Of a stretch of 45,768 nucleotides of DNA, positions 28,335 to 35,698 are shown one piece after another. Location of the stretch: the IMG/VR virus record IMGVR_UViG_3300020045_008410, positions 1-45,768 of that record, one strand, 5' to 3'. Position numbers and translations under genes: made by a program. The stretch comes from a virus (lineage: Duplodnaviria; Caudoviricetes). Every line of letters begins with the position of its first letter. Position 1 is the stretch's first letter. The notes below the pieces were generated by a model, which saw only the letters and a list, made by a program, of their open reading frames with translations, was not told the DNA's origin and did not search any database.

Positions 28335-28817
28335 TTAACAAACGTTAGCGATAAACTGACCACTTTCTAATTCTATATGTTTACAACCTTTTTGATTTTT
28401 CAACTCATCAATCCATAAATCCCAATTATTTGAAATAAGATTTATAAAAGCATCAGGAGAACCCCTTTCTTTATATCTTTTTAAATATTCTTCTTTCAAT
28501 TCCTTTTTTGGATAAACTAAAGTAAATTCTAATCCGTTTTCTAATAAAGCATCTCTAACCTCTTTATGGCTTGAAATGAAAATACGTGCGTAACCTTCTG
28601 ATATTTTTTCCTTTATATGCTCAATATAGTTTTGCGGAAAATTAGTCTTATCAAACTTACTGCTATCGCTATCTGTTGCGAATCCTTGTGGCATATATCC
28701 TGATTCAGTATTTGTGTAATAAGATTTTCCAGTACCAGGAAAACCAGCCACTAACAGCGGTTTTGAGCTATTGCCGTTTTTGGCTTCATTTGATGATTGT
28801 TTTGTACTTGTGTTCAT
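28335..28817 (-). CDS. cassette 2 ORF, P-loop nucleotide-kinase-like protein
   Basis: LLVAGFPGTGKS, DSDSS.F, YLKRYKERG; likely start MNTSTKQ at 28817 (160 aa) rather than 28907, which would cross the cassette boundary. Confidence 0.75.
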   Translation of the reverse strand: MNTSTKQSSNEAKNGNSSKPLLVAGFPGTGKSYYTNTESGYMPQGFATDSDSSKFDKTNFPQNYIEHIKEKISEGYARIFISSHKEVRDALLENGLEFTLVYPKKELKEEYLKRYKERGSPDAFINLISNNWDLWIDELKNQKGCKHIELESGQFIANVC

Positions 28818-28881
28818 AGTTTTTAAAATTAAAGTTGGTCTTGTATTTTCGGCAACAAGACAAAGCCACAAATCGTTATGC
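28749..28881 (+). repeat. attC-like site 2 (133 bp)
   Basis: CACTAAC-AGC-GGTTTTG..ATTGCCG ... CGGCAAC..CAAAGCC-ACAAATC-GTTATGC. Confidence 0.8.
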
Positions 28882-28916
28882 CTAATACTACGATGAATAT
28901 TAGGCATAAATAAAAA

Positions 28917-29288
28917 TTAGTCTAAAATGTAATCTTTAGTTCCAAAAACTTCTTGCCCTTCTAATAATTCAGCTAAATCATTTCTAACATAAGCAGAAGT
29001 ATGAGGATGATGATTTTCTCCTAAATATTTCATCAATGGTCTTGCAGATTCTTCAAATGAACTTCCTTCTTTTTGTTTAAAAGGGTTTTCAATTCCTAAT
29101 TGATTAGGTTGATTTTCGGTGTCAAATACCGTTTGAATTAGATTGGCTATTTCATCAGCAACGCTAGAAATATTTTCTCCTTCAATAGCTTTAAAAGAGT
29201 CTCCTAACTCACCACAAGACCCCTTACCATAACACGTTATAGTGTTATTGTTTAATAATTCGATAATTTTGTCTTTAATTTGTTTCAT
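28917..29288 (-). CDS. cassette 3 ORF, hypothetical protein
   Basis: 123 aa; C-terminal RPLMKYLGENHHPHT...DYILD domain. Confidence 0.7.
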   Translation of the reverse strand: MKQIKDKIIELLNNNTITCYGKGSCGELGDSFKAIEGENISSVADEIANLIQTVFDTENQPNQLGIENPFKQKEGSSFEESARPLMKYLGENHHPHTSAYVRNDLAELLEGQEVFGTKDYILD

Positions 29289-29338
29289 TTTATTTTTATT
29301 TAATTGATTAATATTTTAATTAATTTTTGCCGTACTAG

Positions 29339-29417
29339 GCATAACAGCAATTACACCTCACCAGCCGAAAGCAACTTTGTCTATAGGCTGGCGTTGTGTA
29401 GTTGCAGGACGTTAGCC
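29339..29417 (+). repeat. attC-like site 3 (79 bp)
   Basis: GCATAAC-A-GCAATTACAC..CCAGCC ... GGCTGG..GTGTAGTTGC-AGGAC-GTTAGCC. Confidence 0.85.
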
Positions 29418-29423
29418 GTCAGT

Positions 29424-29720
29424 TTACGGAACATCAAAAGTAACCGCTTCTCCGTGTTGATATAAATTACCTCTGTGTTTGCAAACTCCTCTACCACTTT
29501 TTGATTCATAATAAGAACAAATTGATTTTTTACATTCTTGTCTTTCTCCAACTTCTCCTTGATGACCGCACCATATATAGTCAACATTGTCATTATCTGG
29601 AATAGCTTCTACCAATGTTACTTTTTTTAATCCTTCTAATTTTGCATCGTTTAATCTATCAGATAAAGGATAACAACTTGTATCGTCAATACTTTCAAAA
29701 TATAATTTTTCTTTTGCCAT
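29424..29720 (-). CDS. cassette 4 ORF, putative zinc-binding protein
   Basis: likely ATG at 29720 (MAKEKLYF, 98 aa); WCGH...CKKSIC...CKH. Confidence 0.7.
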   Translation of the reverse strand: MAKEKLYFESIDDTSCYPLSDRLNDAKLEGLKKVTLVEAIPDNDNVDYIWCGHQGEVGERQECKKSICSYYESKSGRGVCKHRGNLYQHGEAVTFDVP

Positions 29721-29744
29721 TATTTCTAATTTTAAAAACCGAAC

Positions 29745-29879
29745 GGCTAACAAGTGTTTTACGCCTTTGTGGGTTTAGGTTTAATATTAAGTTTGTTTTG
29801 CATCAGTTTAATTTCGTGATAATAGGAAAGTTTAGTGCTTATTTAACCACAACGGACGTAAAGCACTCGAACGTTATTC
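29745..29879 (+). repeat. attC-like site 4 (135 bp)
   Basis: GGCTAAC-A-AGTGTTTTACGCCTTTGTGG ... CCACAACGGACGTAAAGCACT-CGAAC-GTTATTC. Confidence 0.85.
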
Positions 29880-30653
29880 ATTAATTAATTCAATCGCTTT
29901 TTTTACTCTTTCTTCTAAAAATTGTTTGTCTTCTAAAGGAATTTCAAAACGAATAATATTTAAGTTTTCAATTCCGCTTTCTTTGTAAATAAAAGGAAGT
30001 TCTCCTTCTTTTGCTCTTGCTACAAACCAGTAACTTTCATCTAATGAATTGTTATATTCGTGAATTAACTCAAGTTGTTCGTAGTACGGCATAAATACAA
30101 TTAGTTCTCCATATTTAGCATTTTTAATACAAGCATTTGAAACAATTTGCCAGTAGTATTTTTCTCCTTCATTTGAATTCTCTCTAATCTTTTGAATTAT
30201 AACATTACCATCAATATTTTTCTTTTTGGTAACGGTTAATCCATCAAAATCATAAAGCTCTGAAACTAAATTGTAAAATGCTTTTCTAGTCAACGGGCAT
30301 TTAGTTTCCGTAATTGTATCTGTTACTTTTTTCTTTAAAACTTCTTTATTTTTAGTTCCATCTGGACTTCCCACCCATTCTGGATATTTTGGATGAACAA
30401 ATGTAACGTCTGAATGAAATTCGTATTCTAGTCCTAATAAATCGTGGACAATATTTTCACAAAGTTTTCCCCAACTAAAAGCTAAAACTTCAACTTTATT
30501 TTCAAGTGATTGCTTAAAAAAACGTTCAATAATACATTCTTGAACGTATGTATAAAATGGTGCGCCTGGTTCTCCTTTTGCACGTCCGTTTTTTGTCAAT
30601 GCTACGATTTCACTTGATGTTATTCTTCCTACTCTTACGTTTGATAGTGCCAT
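29874..30653 (-). CDS. YqaJ/lambda-exonuclease-like recombination nuclease
   Basis: RVGRITSSE, WGKLCE, GSPDG, ETKCP, YYWQ motifs. Confidence 0.88.
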   Translation of the reverse strand: MALSNVRVGRITSSEIVALTKNGRAKGEPGAPFYTYVQECIIERFFKQSLENKVEVLAFSWGKLCENIVHDLLGLEYEFHSDVTFVHPKYPEWVGSPDGTKNKEVLKKKVTDTITETKCPLTRKAFYNLVSELYDFDGLTVTKKKNIDGNVIIQKIRENSNEGEKYYWQIVSNACIKNAKYGELIVFMPYYEQLELIHEYNNSLDESYWFVARAKEGELPFIYKESGIENLNIIRFEIPLEDKQFLEERVKKAIELINE

Positions 30654-30654
30654 T

Positions 30655-31308
30655 TTAATTTTGTTTTTGATTGTTTTTAATAATTTCTAACTCGTTTAAT
30701 AATTTATTGTAACTGCTAACCTCTTCATTTTCGATAATTCTATTGTAATGTGGATAATCTTTTGATGGAACAAATTGTTCAAATTCTGCAAACAATTCTT
30801 TGATTTTTTTTAGTTTTTGTGGATTTGTCAATTTTGATGTGTTTGAAATTGAATCTATTCTATTTAAGTCGGAACCAAATAATATTCCGAAATGATCACA
30901 AGCATCTTTTATTGCATTTGATTTTGCATTTGGTAATGATGCAGCAACTGAATAAGGAACAAATATATCGTTTTGTTTTTTTGGTTCGTCTGCTCCAACT
31001 CCATCGTGATAATACCAATTGTAAGGACTTTCTAATTCTCTGTAATGAACTCGAACCGATACCGATGTAGCATTAAAAATTTCTTTAGTTTCCAAAACTT
31101 CAATTCGATAATTAAATCCGAAAATTTGACGTAAAAGATACTCTACTTTATCTATTGGAATGTACCTATAACTTGATATTTCTGGATGTTGCTTAATCCA
31201 ACTTAATGGAGGATTTTCGTTTAAAAGTTCAAATAATTCTGAATTTGTAGAAATACTTTTAAGTCTTTTTAAAAGGTCTTTTTCTTCCATTTTATTTTTC
31301 GCTTTCAA
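30655..31308 (-). CDS. single-strand annealing protein (Rad52/Sak-like)
   Basis: YIPIDKVEYLLRQIFG...SVSVRV...HDGVG...AKSNAIKDACDHFGILFGSDL; paired with exonuclease. Confidence 0.75.
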   Translation of the reverse strand: MKAKNKMEEKDLLKRLKSISTNSELFELLNENPPLSWIKQHPEISSYRYIPIDKVEYLLRQIFGFNYRIEVLETKEIFNATSVSVRVHYRELESPYNWYYHDGVGADEPKKQNDIFVPYSVAASLPNAKSNAIKDACDHFGILFGSDLNRIDSISNTSKLTNPQKLKKIKELFAEFEQFVPSKDYPHYNRIIENEEVSSYNKLLNELEIIKNNQKQN

Positions 31309-31618
31309 TAATTGTTACTAAATTCCAAATTTCGCACTCTAAAATTGTTTTAATTTGGTTTAACCGATTGATTCCCTTTATTTCTTGCTTTTGGTAAGAT
31401 TCCCAATTTTGATTGATAACTTTCTCTTCTTTACTCAAAAATATTACGTTTAAGTGCAAATCTAATTGTTTGTTTCCATTCTTAATCCATTGAGATAATT
31501 GTTGCGGAAATATGCCTAATTCGTCCGCAATCGACTTAATCGACTTTGGTTTTAAACTTGGATTTTTCTCATTCCAAATTTTAATAGCTTCTTTGATTGT
31601 TAACTTGAATTTTTTCAT
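31292..31618 (-). CDS. HTH DNA-binding protein
   Basis: SIKSIADELGIFPQQLSQW. Confidence 0.65.
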   Translation of the reverse strand: MKKFKLTIKEAIKIWNEKNPSLKPKSIKSIADELGIFPQQLSQWIKNGNKQLDLHLNVIFLSKEEKVINQNWESYQKQEIKGINRLNQIKTILECEIWNLVTIIESEK

Positions 31619-31619
31619 C

Positions 31620-31772
31620 TTATTTTTTATTTTTTTTTGCTTGGTTGTAATATTCGTTTGTTACCTCTGTAACTTCTCCTTTTTTTGTTTGAACAAAACT
31701 TTTAAATCCGTTATGAGTTTTGAAAATAGTTCTTCCATCTTTTAATTCTAAAACTTGCTCTTTTCTTTCCAT
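31620..31772 (-). CDS. small hypothetical protein (not in ORF track)
   Basis: read manually: MERKEQVLELKDGRTIFKTHNG...KNKK*, 50 aa. Confidence 0.5.
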   Translation of the reverse strand: MERKEQVLELKDGRTIFKTHNGFKSFVQTKKGEVTEVTNEYYNQAKKNKK

Positions 31773-32120
31773 CTTGATTTATTTTTGAGTTATACAATTT
31801 GTTTTATTTTTCTGTTTTTGAAAATGTTCAATTTTCTATAATTAATGCCAATTTTTAATTTTTAAATATATTGAATATCCTAAACAAATTAATCCTAATA
31901 AAGCTAGTAAAATTACTGATGTGTATACTATAACGCTTCCTATATCCATAATCAATTTTTTTTTCTTAATACTCTTGTTTTTCCATCTTCAAGTAGAAAA
32001 TAGGAAAAGCCATCATTTATCTTTTTGGTTTCTTGCTTTTTTTCAATTTCTAAAGATTTTTTTGCTGAAATCTTTGCCTCTTTTTCTTCTTGAAAAATTG
32101 TTAATCCGGGTAATTTTTTC

Positions 32121-32303
32121 TTAGTTGCCATAATAAGTATTCGTTTCTTCTATTGTTTTTTCAAATTGTTTATCGTTTAAATCCGTTTGAATTTTGCACA
32201 TTCTAATTTTTAATGGTTTTTTTGAATAAAAATTAGTTGGAGTTGATGCAATTTTCAATAATCGAATTTGATTGTTAACTTGTGCTATTTCTTGAGTTCC
32301 CAT
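32121..32303 (-). CDS. hypothetical early protein
   Basis: 60 aa, tightly packed. Confidence 0.45.
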   Translation of the reverse strand: MGTQEIAQVNNQIRLLKIASTPTNFYSKKPLKIRMCKIQTDLNDKQFEKTIEETNTYYGN

Positions 32304-32306
32304 AAC

Positions 32307-32495
32307 TTAAATTTTGAAGTTGTTATTGTAGTAATTCTGCAATCTAGCTTTCATTTTTTCGTTAACTTGAATTCTTTCTTTGTACCAATCCATTGATAAA
32401 ACCATATCTCTTTTAGCTCGATCAATTGAAAATTGACATAAATCGATTAATTCTAAAACCCTAATTGCTCTTTGATGTTTTTCTAATTGTGTCAT
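32307..32495 (-). CDS. hypothetical early protein
   Basis: 62 aa, tightly packed. Confidence 0.5.
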   Translation of the reverse strand: MTQLEKHQRAIRVLELIDLCQFSIDRAKRDMVLSMDWYKERIQVNEKMKARLQNYYNNNFKI

Positions 32496-32497
32496 AA

Positions 32498-32767
32498 TTA
32501 ATCGTTATTAAATGTTTTGCCATCGTACCAAAATTTAGCTCCAGAATTATTTACAATTGTAACTTCATTTGTAATTCCTCTTTGTCTAAAAAAAGTAGGT
32601 TTTAATAAATTAAATTTAACTACTAAATCTTTATTTCTAGTTTCTGCAAATTGAACTCTCAAAAATTCTCTTTTTACACGAATCCAAGCTTCTTTTAAAG
32701 CTTCTGAAAATGTAACTTCAAATTGTCTAAAAATTAACCAAGCGGTTTTTAAAACTTGTGATTTCAT
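32498..32767 (-). CDS. hypothetical early protein
   Basis: KSQVLKTAW.IFR....TFSEALKEAW motif; first gene after promoter. Confidence 0.6.
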   Translation of the reverse strand: MKSQVLKTAWLIFRQFEVTFSEALKEAWIRVKREFLRVQFAETRNKDLVVKFNLLKPTFFRQRGITNEVTIVNNSGAKFWYDGKTFNND

Positions 32768-32788
32768 AATAAAAGTATTTTTGTTTTG

Positions 32789-32853
32789 TGTTTTTGTTTT
32801 GTCAAAAGTAATAAATTTATTTTATACAAAATAAATATTTTTTATTTATTTTT
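32789..32853 (-). promoter_or_regulatory. early promoter, copy A of ~65-bp direct repeat
   Basis: TACTTTTG -7 box at 32803-32810; duplicated at 18863-18927. Confidence 0.75.
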
Positions 32854-32872
32854 AAAATTATTTTTTAATCAT

Positions 32873-32901
32873 AAAAAAACCGCCAAAAAGAAAGGCGGTT
32901 T
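32873..32901 (-). terminator. intrinsic terminator
   Basis: AAACCGCC/GGCGGTTT stem plus 7-T tail. Confidence 0.75.
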
Positions 32902-32964
32902 AAACAAACAAAACAAAATAGCCTTTAGGGTTCGGCTTCTGCAAATATAGAATTAATTTCAAAT

Positions 32965-32998
32965 AAAAAAACCTCTTTAAATTAATAAAGAGGTTTTT
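32965..32998. terminator. terminator after lipoprotein gene
   Basis: AAAAACCTCTTTA/TAAAGAGGTTTTT inverted repeat. Confidence 0.7.
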
Positions 32999-33011
32999 GA
33001 TTTTTTATATA

Positions 33012-33386
33012 TTACCTGCAAGGTGGTGGAGGTGGCGATGTAAGTGTAATTCCGCCATGTTCACTATATTGAGGCGCAACTATAACATTACCTGTGCTTG
33101 AACAATAACTAGCCCAATATGTATTTCCGCTAGAGCATCCCATTACAAATAAATAATTTCCATTACCTTCATCTTCCCTTGACTTAACCCAACATCTGCA
33201 AGTTTCACAAGTTGTAGTCTGTCCTGTCGCTACAAAAGTCAATACAATTTCGGTAATTCCGTCAATTGTTTCTTTAGGAATTTCATCTTTACTCAATAGA
33301 TTTTCTTCTTTTTGAACCGATGGTTCAGAATTACTACATGCTGTCAATAAAAAAATAGACAACAAAATAACTAAGATTTTTTTCAT
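33012..33386 (-). CDS. Cys-rich lipoprotein (moron)
   Basis: MKK + hydrophobic core + lipobox LTA|C; six further Cys; PPPPPC tail; own -7 box at 33418-33425. Confidence 0.75.
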   Translation of the reverse strand: MKKILVILLSIFLLTACSNSEPSVQKEENLLSKDEIPKETIDGITEIVLTFVATGQTTTCETCRCWVKSREDEGNGNYLFVMGCSSGNTYWASYCSSTGNVIVAPQYSEHGGITLTSPPPPPCR

Positions 33387-33445
33387 TTTTAATATGTTTT
33401 AATTAATAATAAGAATTCAAATGTAATTATTTTTTTGGTTAAACT

Positions 33446-33478
33446 AAAAAAAGCGGTTAAAATTAATTAACCGCTTTT
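33446..33478. terminator. terminator ending the lysis operon
   Basis: AAAAGCGGTTAA/TTAACCGCTTTT inverted repeat. Confidence 0.75.
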
Positions 33479-33508
33479 CCTAACTTAACTCTATTTTTAA
33501 AAATCTAA

Positions 33509-33925
33509 CTACTTCAAAAGTAATACTTTTATTCCAATATATGCAACAGCTCCCCAAAATCCGTATTTATAAATATTTTTTTTTGTATTGTTTCGGTTGT
33601 AAATCTTTTCCCAATTGATAATAATTCCGTTTAGATCTTTAGTTTCAGATTCTTTAAATGAATAGGCTTTTTTTAGCTTTGTTAAACTATTTTTCAATTC
33701 TGAACTCTCAATACTATAAATGCTATCTTTTTGCTTAAAAAGGCTTATTTGCATTTCGTTTACACTATCTTTTTTTATTAAATAGTCCAACTTTTCTAAA
33801 TCCTTAATTCCTTTTTTTGATTGTATCGAATCTAGTACTACTTTTTTCGATTGGCTCATACCTTGAATCCCAATAAGACTGCATATCAGAAATACTAAAA
33901 TTTTCAACATTTTTAATTTTTTCAT
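33509..33925 (-). CDS. putative spanin-like outer component
   Basis: signal-peptide-like N-terminus, coiled coil, hydrophobic C-terminus; overlaps upstream gene by 122 bp. Confidence 0.45.
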   Translation of the reverse strand: MKKLKMLKILVFLICSLIGIQGMSQSKKVVLDSIQSKKGIKDLEKLDYLIKKDSVNEMQISLFKQKDSIYSIESSELKNSLTKLKKAYSFKESETKDLNGIIINWEKIYNRNNTKKNIYKYGFWGAVAYIGIKVLLLK

Positions 33926-34205
33926 TGTATTGTTTTTTAAAGGTTTGGTAAACTTGTGTTTGATTGTCTAAAAGCAATTGAATGCTATCTCTGCTTTCGG
34001 CTGTTTTTTCGGCTTTAATTTCACTTAACTCCGATTGATGTTTGTATTCTTTTGCCAACGCTTCATTAACCGCTGCATCTTTTTGACTTTCAATAATTTT
34101 ATTTTCTAAATTTCCTGTTCTATTAAAATAAAGCGAACTAATGAAAATTAAAATACAACCGCAAATAATGTAAGGAATGTACTTTTTATATTTTTCTGGT
34201 ATCAT
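33804..34205 (-). CDS. putative inner-membrane spanin
   Basis: N-terminal TM followed by coiled coil, directly after endolysin. Confidence 0.55.
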   Translation of the reverse strand: MIPEKYKKYIPYIICGCILIFISSLYFNRTGNLENKIIESQKDAAVNEALAKEYKHQSELSEIKAEKTAESRDSIQLLLDNQTQVYQTFKKQYNEKIKNVENFSISDMQSYWDSRYEPIEKSSTRFDTIKKRN

Positions 34206-34207
34206 AA

Positions 34208-34663
34208 TTAAAAATTTAAGTATGTTGTTTTTCCTGCTATTTTTCTAGCAATTAAAATTTGTTTTTTATTCCCTGTTTTAGCAAATGAAACGTGTACCCA
34301 ATCTGGATTTGCAGTTTTTCCAAATTCCCAAATTAATTGATCAAACTCTAAATTATTTTTTATCCAATGGAAAACTTCTGCATTTGTAATACTTGTACCG
34401 TCCATATCAATATCCATTGCTTGACCTTTTGAATGTTGTGAAGTTTGAGAACCTCCAACGGCTTTATTCAATTCTTTTGACCGGTAACCACTACTGATGT
34501 GTATCGGAATTCCAAAATGTTCTCTAATTGGCTGGAAAACGTTTTCGGCTAGTAATAGCATATTTTCTATATGCTCTTTAGTTGGTTTGTTTTCAATTCC
34601 TTTTCGCTTTGCGCTTTCGGAACTTAGCATTTCGGCTAATGATAAATTTTTAGATAGTTGCAT
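34208..34663 (-). CDS. endolysin, peptidase M15 family
   Basis: ISSGYRS..LN.AVGGS.TSQH..GQAMDI...FDQLIWE...WVHVS. Confidence 0.92.
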   Translation of the reverse strand: MQLSKNLSLAEMLSSESAKRKGIENKPTKEHIENMLLLAENVFQPIREHFGIPIHISSGYRSKELNKAVGGSQTSQHSKGQAMDIDMDGTSITNAEVFHWIKNNLEFDQLIWEFGKTANPDWVHVSFAKTGNKKQILIARKIAGKTTYLNF

Positions 34664-34689
34664 TGATTGTTTGTTTTTAAATTAGTAAT

Positions 34690-35043
34690 TTATTTTTGAT
34701 TATTCTTTTTGAATGAACTAAAAAGTAAGTTTAGTAATCCTGTTAAAAGCGTGTCAATATCCCATTTGTAAATTATAAACTCTGCTATTTTTTCTCCAGA
34801 CATAGCAATTATAGCTATAAACATTGGTGTCATATTTTCGCTAGAATATTGTAAAACAATTGGATATGACAAATAAGTTATTCCAATTCCAACTACATAA
34901 CTTAAAATTGCTCTCAATGGCGTAATTCTTTCTTTGCTCATCATCGTTGCTAATTTTATCGATACTCCGCTAAATGCTGGAAAAAATATTTTACAAAAAA
35001 ACTCATATACCTGGTCCAAAAAGTTGTGATTTTCTCCTAACAT
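34690..35043 (-). CDS. putative holin
   Basis: about 3 hydrophobic segments, basic C-terminus, adjacent to endolysin. Confidence 0.6.
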   Translation of the reverse strand: MLGENHNFLDQVYEFFCKIFFPAFSGVSIKLATMMSKERITPLRAILSYVVGIGITYLSYPIVLQYSSENMTPMFIAIIAMSGEKIAEFIIYKWDIDTLLTGLLNLLFSSFKKNNQK

Positions 35044-35338
35044 AACGAAATATTGCTATTAATATTAATACTATTGTGACTACAATTTCATTTATTCCTA
35101 ATTCTAAAGGATTGAAAAATAATTCATCAAATAAATTATTTATTGTCAATCCAAAAAGTAAAAAAGTAAAAAAGTTTTTTACATAAGAATATAAATACAA
35201 ACTTACTACAAATATTAAAATAGATTCAGAAATGTAGTAAAAATGTTTTGGGAATATAAAATCGAAATTTCGCACCAGTACAGAAAGTACTAATGCGAAA
35301 CTTAAAATAATGTTTAATATTTTAGCTTTAACGGTCAT
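35003..35338 (-). CDS. multi-pass membrane protein
   Basis: about 4 hydrophobic segments; ATG start at 35338 preferred over the ORF-track start. Confidence 0.6.
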   Translation of the reverse strand: MTVKAKILNIILSFALVLSVLVRNFDFIFPKHFYYISESILIFVVSLYLYSYVKNFFTFLLFGLTINNLFDELFFNPLELGINEIVVTIVLILIAIFRYVRRKSQLFGPGI

Positions 35339-35468
35339 TTGGTCTACCTCCAACTATTAAAACGGTTGTTGTTTCATTGGTTAATTTTTCTACCAATTCT
35401 AACGCACTTTTCATTTGCTCTGGCGTTGCTTCTTTGTCGAATGCAATCACAATTCTTTGAGTAATCAT
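35328..35468 (-). CDS. small hypothetical protein (not in ORF track)
   Basis: read manually: MITQRIVIAFDKEATPEQMKSALELVEKL...GGRPNDR*, 46 aa, fills the gap exactly. Confidence 0.55.
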   Translation of the reverse strand: MITQRIVIAFDKEATPEQMKSALELVEKLTNETTTVLIVGGRPNDR

Positions 35469-35473
35469 AATAT

Positions 35474-35698
35474 TTAGTTTTTGTTATTTAATTGTTCCGC
35501 AATTGTTTCATCTTTTTTAGCTGTACTTCTTGAACTCCCAAAATAGTAGCCTATTACGCTAGACATCAATCCAACAATAGCTATTTTAATATCATTTGTT
35601 GAATTATTGAAAGCTAAAATATATAACCCACCAATAATTATAATCAATGCGATAATTCCTTGAATGTTCGCTTTTAAAAATGCTTCTTTTGTACTCAT
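35474..35698 (-). CDS. two-TM holin-like protein
   Basis: two hydrophobic helices and VIGYYFGSSRS motif; -7 box at 35713-35720. Confidence 0.6.
   Translation of the reverse strand: MSTKEAFLKANIQGIIALIIIIGGLYILAFNNSTNDIKIAIVGLMSSVIGYYFGSSRSTAKKDETIAEQLNNKN

Larger units (their letters stand above)
28027..29873 (+). mobile_element. array of four gene cassettes: 28027-28322, 28323-28875, 28876-29411, 29412-29873
   Basis: each unit holds one ORF and one terminal hairpin; the start of each unit is the reverse complement of its own AAC arm. Confidence 0.85.

Noticed and set aside
28335-28350. Extra core-like AACGTTAGCG inside cassette 2
   Set aside because: No partner arm or long stem found; could be a relic but is unsupported.
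28818-28907. Longer N-terminus for the P-loop ORF
   Set aside because: It would span the crossover at 28875 and begin inside a hairpin; ATG 28817 fits better.
29381-29593. 70 aa minus-strand ORF
   Set aside because: Alternative frame overlapping the better cassette 4 ORF and crossing the cassette boundary.
28026-29879. CRISPR array or simple terminators as an explanation of the hairpins
   Set aside because: The hairpins are not identical repeats, spacing is 296-553 bp with full ORFs, there are no U-tails, and cassette start/arm complementarity is not explained.
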